From the NCBI GenBank assembly GCA_050187355.1, contig JBFWXO010000005.1, positions 146,502-210,501 of the forward strand: a DNA stretch of 64,000 bases. The letters run 5' to 3'. This DNA is from Vicinamibacterales bacterium. GTDB taxonomy: Bacteria; Acidobacteriota; Vicinamibacteria; Vicinamibacterales; UBA2999. The position numbers and the translations under genes were made by a program. Within the stretch, counting starts at the first letter, position 1. Every line of letters starts with the position of its first letter. This document shows positions 62,832 through 64,000 of this stretch, one piece after another. Under the pieces are notes generated by a model that was given only the letters and a program-made list of their open reading frames with translations, had not been told where the DNA came from and made no database searches.

Positions 62832-64000
62832 TCAGGCTTCCTTCGGTTCCGGGCGGCCGCCGGTGGCCGCGCTCACCACGAGGCCCACGACGCAGACGGC
62901 GATGGCCCCGACGGCGTTCAGCCAGAGGTACTCCACGCGGGTCTGGGTGGCGAAGTACCACACGGCGGCCATCCCGCCGAGCAGGCCGGCGAACGCCCCG
63001 TGGCCGTTGGTCCGCCGGAAGGCGAGGGCGAGGATGAAGACGCCCAGCAGCGATCCGTAGAAGTAGGAGCCGAAGCGGTTCACGACCTCGATGAGCGATC
63101 CGAGGTTGGCCGCGTAGATGGCGACGACGCTCGCGAACAGGCCCCAGAATCCCGTGGCCAGGCGGGACACGAAGAGCAGCTGGGTCTCCGGCGCGTCGGC
63201 GGCCACCCAGCGGCGGTAGAAGTCGATGACGCTGGCGGTCGAGAGCGACGCGAGCTCGGCCGAGATCGTGGACATGGCCGCCGCCAGGATCGCCGCGATG
63301 AGCAGGCCGACGAGGCCGATCGGCATCTGGGAGAGGACGAAGGTCGGGAACACGAAGTTGACATCGCTGTAGGCGGCGTCGCCCGTGACGTCCTTCACGA
63401 TGGCCACCGCGTCCGCCCGCGCCGCCCGCATGTCGGCGCCGGCGCGCCGGAACTCGTCGGCGTACTCGGCCTGCCCGGCCGTGTCGCCGTCGTGGTGGGT
63501 GCGCGCCAGGTTGGCCCCCGCCTCGCGCTGGGCCTCGAAGGCGGCCGAGAACCGGCCTTCCGCGGCCTGGTATTCCGCGGCCCTCGCGCTGGTGCGCACC
63601 TGGCCGTCGTGCGCGGCGTTGAACAGCATCGGCGGCTTCGTGAACACGAAGAACACGAACATCAGCACGCCCACGAGCAGCACGAGCGCCTGCAGCGGAA
63701 TCTTCCAGTAGGCGCTGACGAGGAGGGACGTGCGCGCTTCGTCGACCGAACGCGCGGTGAGATACCGCTGCACCTGGCTCTGGTCGGTGCCGAAGTAGGA
63801 GAGGAACAGGAAGATCGCGCCGATCGTGCCGGACCAGAACGTGTAGCGGTCGGTGAAGTCCAGGCGGAAGTCGAACATCTGCATCCGGCCGGTGGCGCCC
63901 GCCAGGTGCAGGGCGTCGCCGAGGCCCACGCCGTCGGGCAGGCCCAGGACCAGCACGACCACGGCGGCCGCCAGGCCGCCCACGATCAGCACCATCTGCT
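62832..64000 (-). CDS. Sodium:solute symporter (SSS) family transporter. Only the C-terminal part is present because the 5' end lies beyond the window.
   Basis: Multiple TM helices. SSS-like blocks (TDQSQVQRYLTARS; AAILAAAMSTISAELASLS). The ORF is open at the window edge. Confidence 0.75.
   Translation of the reverse strand, partial: QMVLIVGGLAAAVVVLVLGLPDGVGLGDALHLAGATGRMQMFDFRLDFTDRYTFWSGTIGAIFLFLSYFGTDQSQVQRYLTARSVDEARTSLLVSAYWKIPLQALVLLVGVLMFVFFVFTKPPMLFNAAHDGQVRTSARAAEYQAAEGRFSAAFEAQREAGANLARTHHDGDTAGQAEYADEFRRAGADMRAARADAVAIVKDVTGDAAYSDVNFVFPTFVLSQMPIGLVGLLIAAILAAAMSTISAELASLSTASVIDFYRRWVAADAPETQLLFVSRLATGFWGLFASVVAIYAANLGSLIEVVNRFGSYFYGSLLGVFILALAFRRTNGHGAFAGLLGGMAAVWYFATQTRVEYLWLNAVGAIAVCVVGLVVSAATGGRPEPKEA

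Noticed and set aside
1-64000. CRISPR arrays, IS elements or transposases, integrases, and rRNA or tRNA genes.
   Set aside because: Reading through the window I saw no regularly spaced direct repeats, no transposase or integrase-like ORF and no rRNA or tRNA-like sequence. The only mobile-like gene is the DUF222/HNH ORF.

Overview
This is a very GC-rich bacterial chromosomal segment (well above 65% GC by eye, with GC3-saturated codons). It is densely coding. I call about 47 CDS, one of them a low-confidence mini-ORF, plus 2 pseudogenes. I saw no rRNA, tRNA, CRISPR array or transposase. All product calls come from motif recognition in the ORF-track translations, because no searches were possible. 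Several ORF-track starts were moved to internal ATG/GTG codons that have SD sequences or 4-nt stop/start overlaps (ATGA/GTGA), which are very common in this window. The gene content includes a CarboxypepD_reg-type TonB-dependent receptor, a Ser/Thr-kinase/TolB-propeller remnant, outer-membrane proteins ending in Phe, and many secreted peptidases and amidases. That suggests a soil Acidobacteriota- or Gemmatimonadota-like organism, but this is inference only.

Landmarks:
1. 9952-18585 holds a complete quinohemoprotein amine dehydrogenase (QHNDH) structural and maturation cluster in the order qhpG-A-D-C-B-F-E. It is translationally coupled to azlCD.
2. 19642-22495 holds a heavily decayed Ser/Thr kinase gene next to a DUF222/HNH endonuclease gene.
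3. 31498-37311 holds two adjacent TIR-domain genes: a SLOG-like Rossmann domain fused to TIR, followed by a 1543-aa TIR / STAND NTPase / hydrophobic helix / WD40 protein. This is my best candidate for an uncharacterised nucleotide-signalling immune or conflict system.
4. 40930-44332 holds a translationally coupled htrA / extended sigma-70-family factor / anti-sigma operon.
5. 48360-50113 holds a frameshifted acyl-CoA synthetase gene.
6. 51496-51988 is a 493-bp non-coding gap that contains a promoter-like element, a strongly SD-preceded 16-codon mini-ORF and a clean intrinsic terminator. It may be an orphan small transcript of unknown class.

The remaining genes are ordinary housekeeping or catabolic genes: rmuC, malQ, an aminotransferase, a HEAT-cyclophilin fusion, DPP-III, a beta-CASP hydrolase, threonine aldolase, an S9 peptidase, GGDEF-EAL, a PQQ dehydrogenase, a formamidase-like protein, kup and an SSS transporter.
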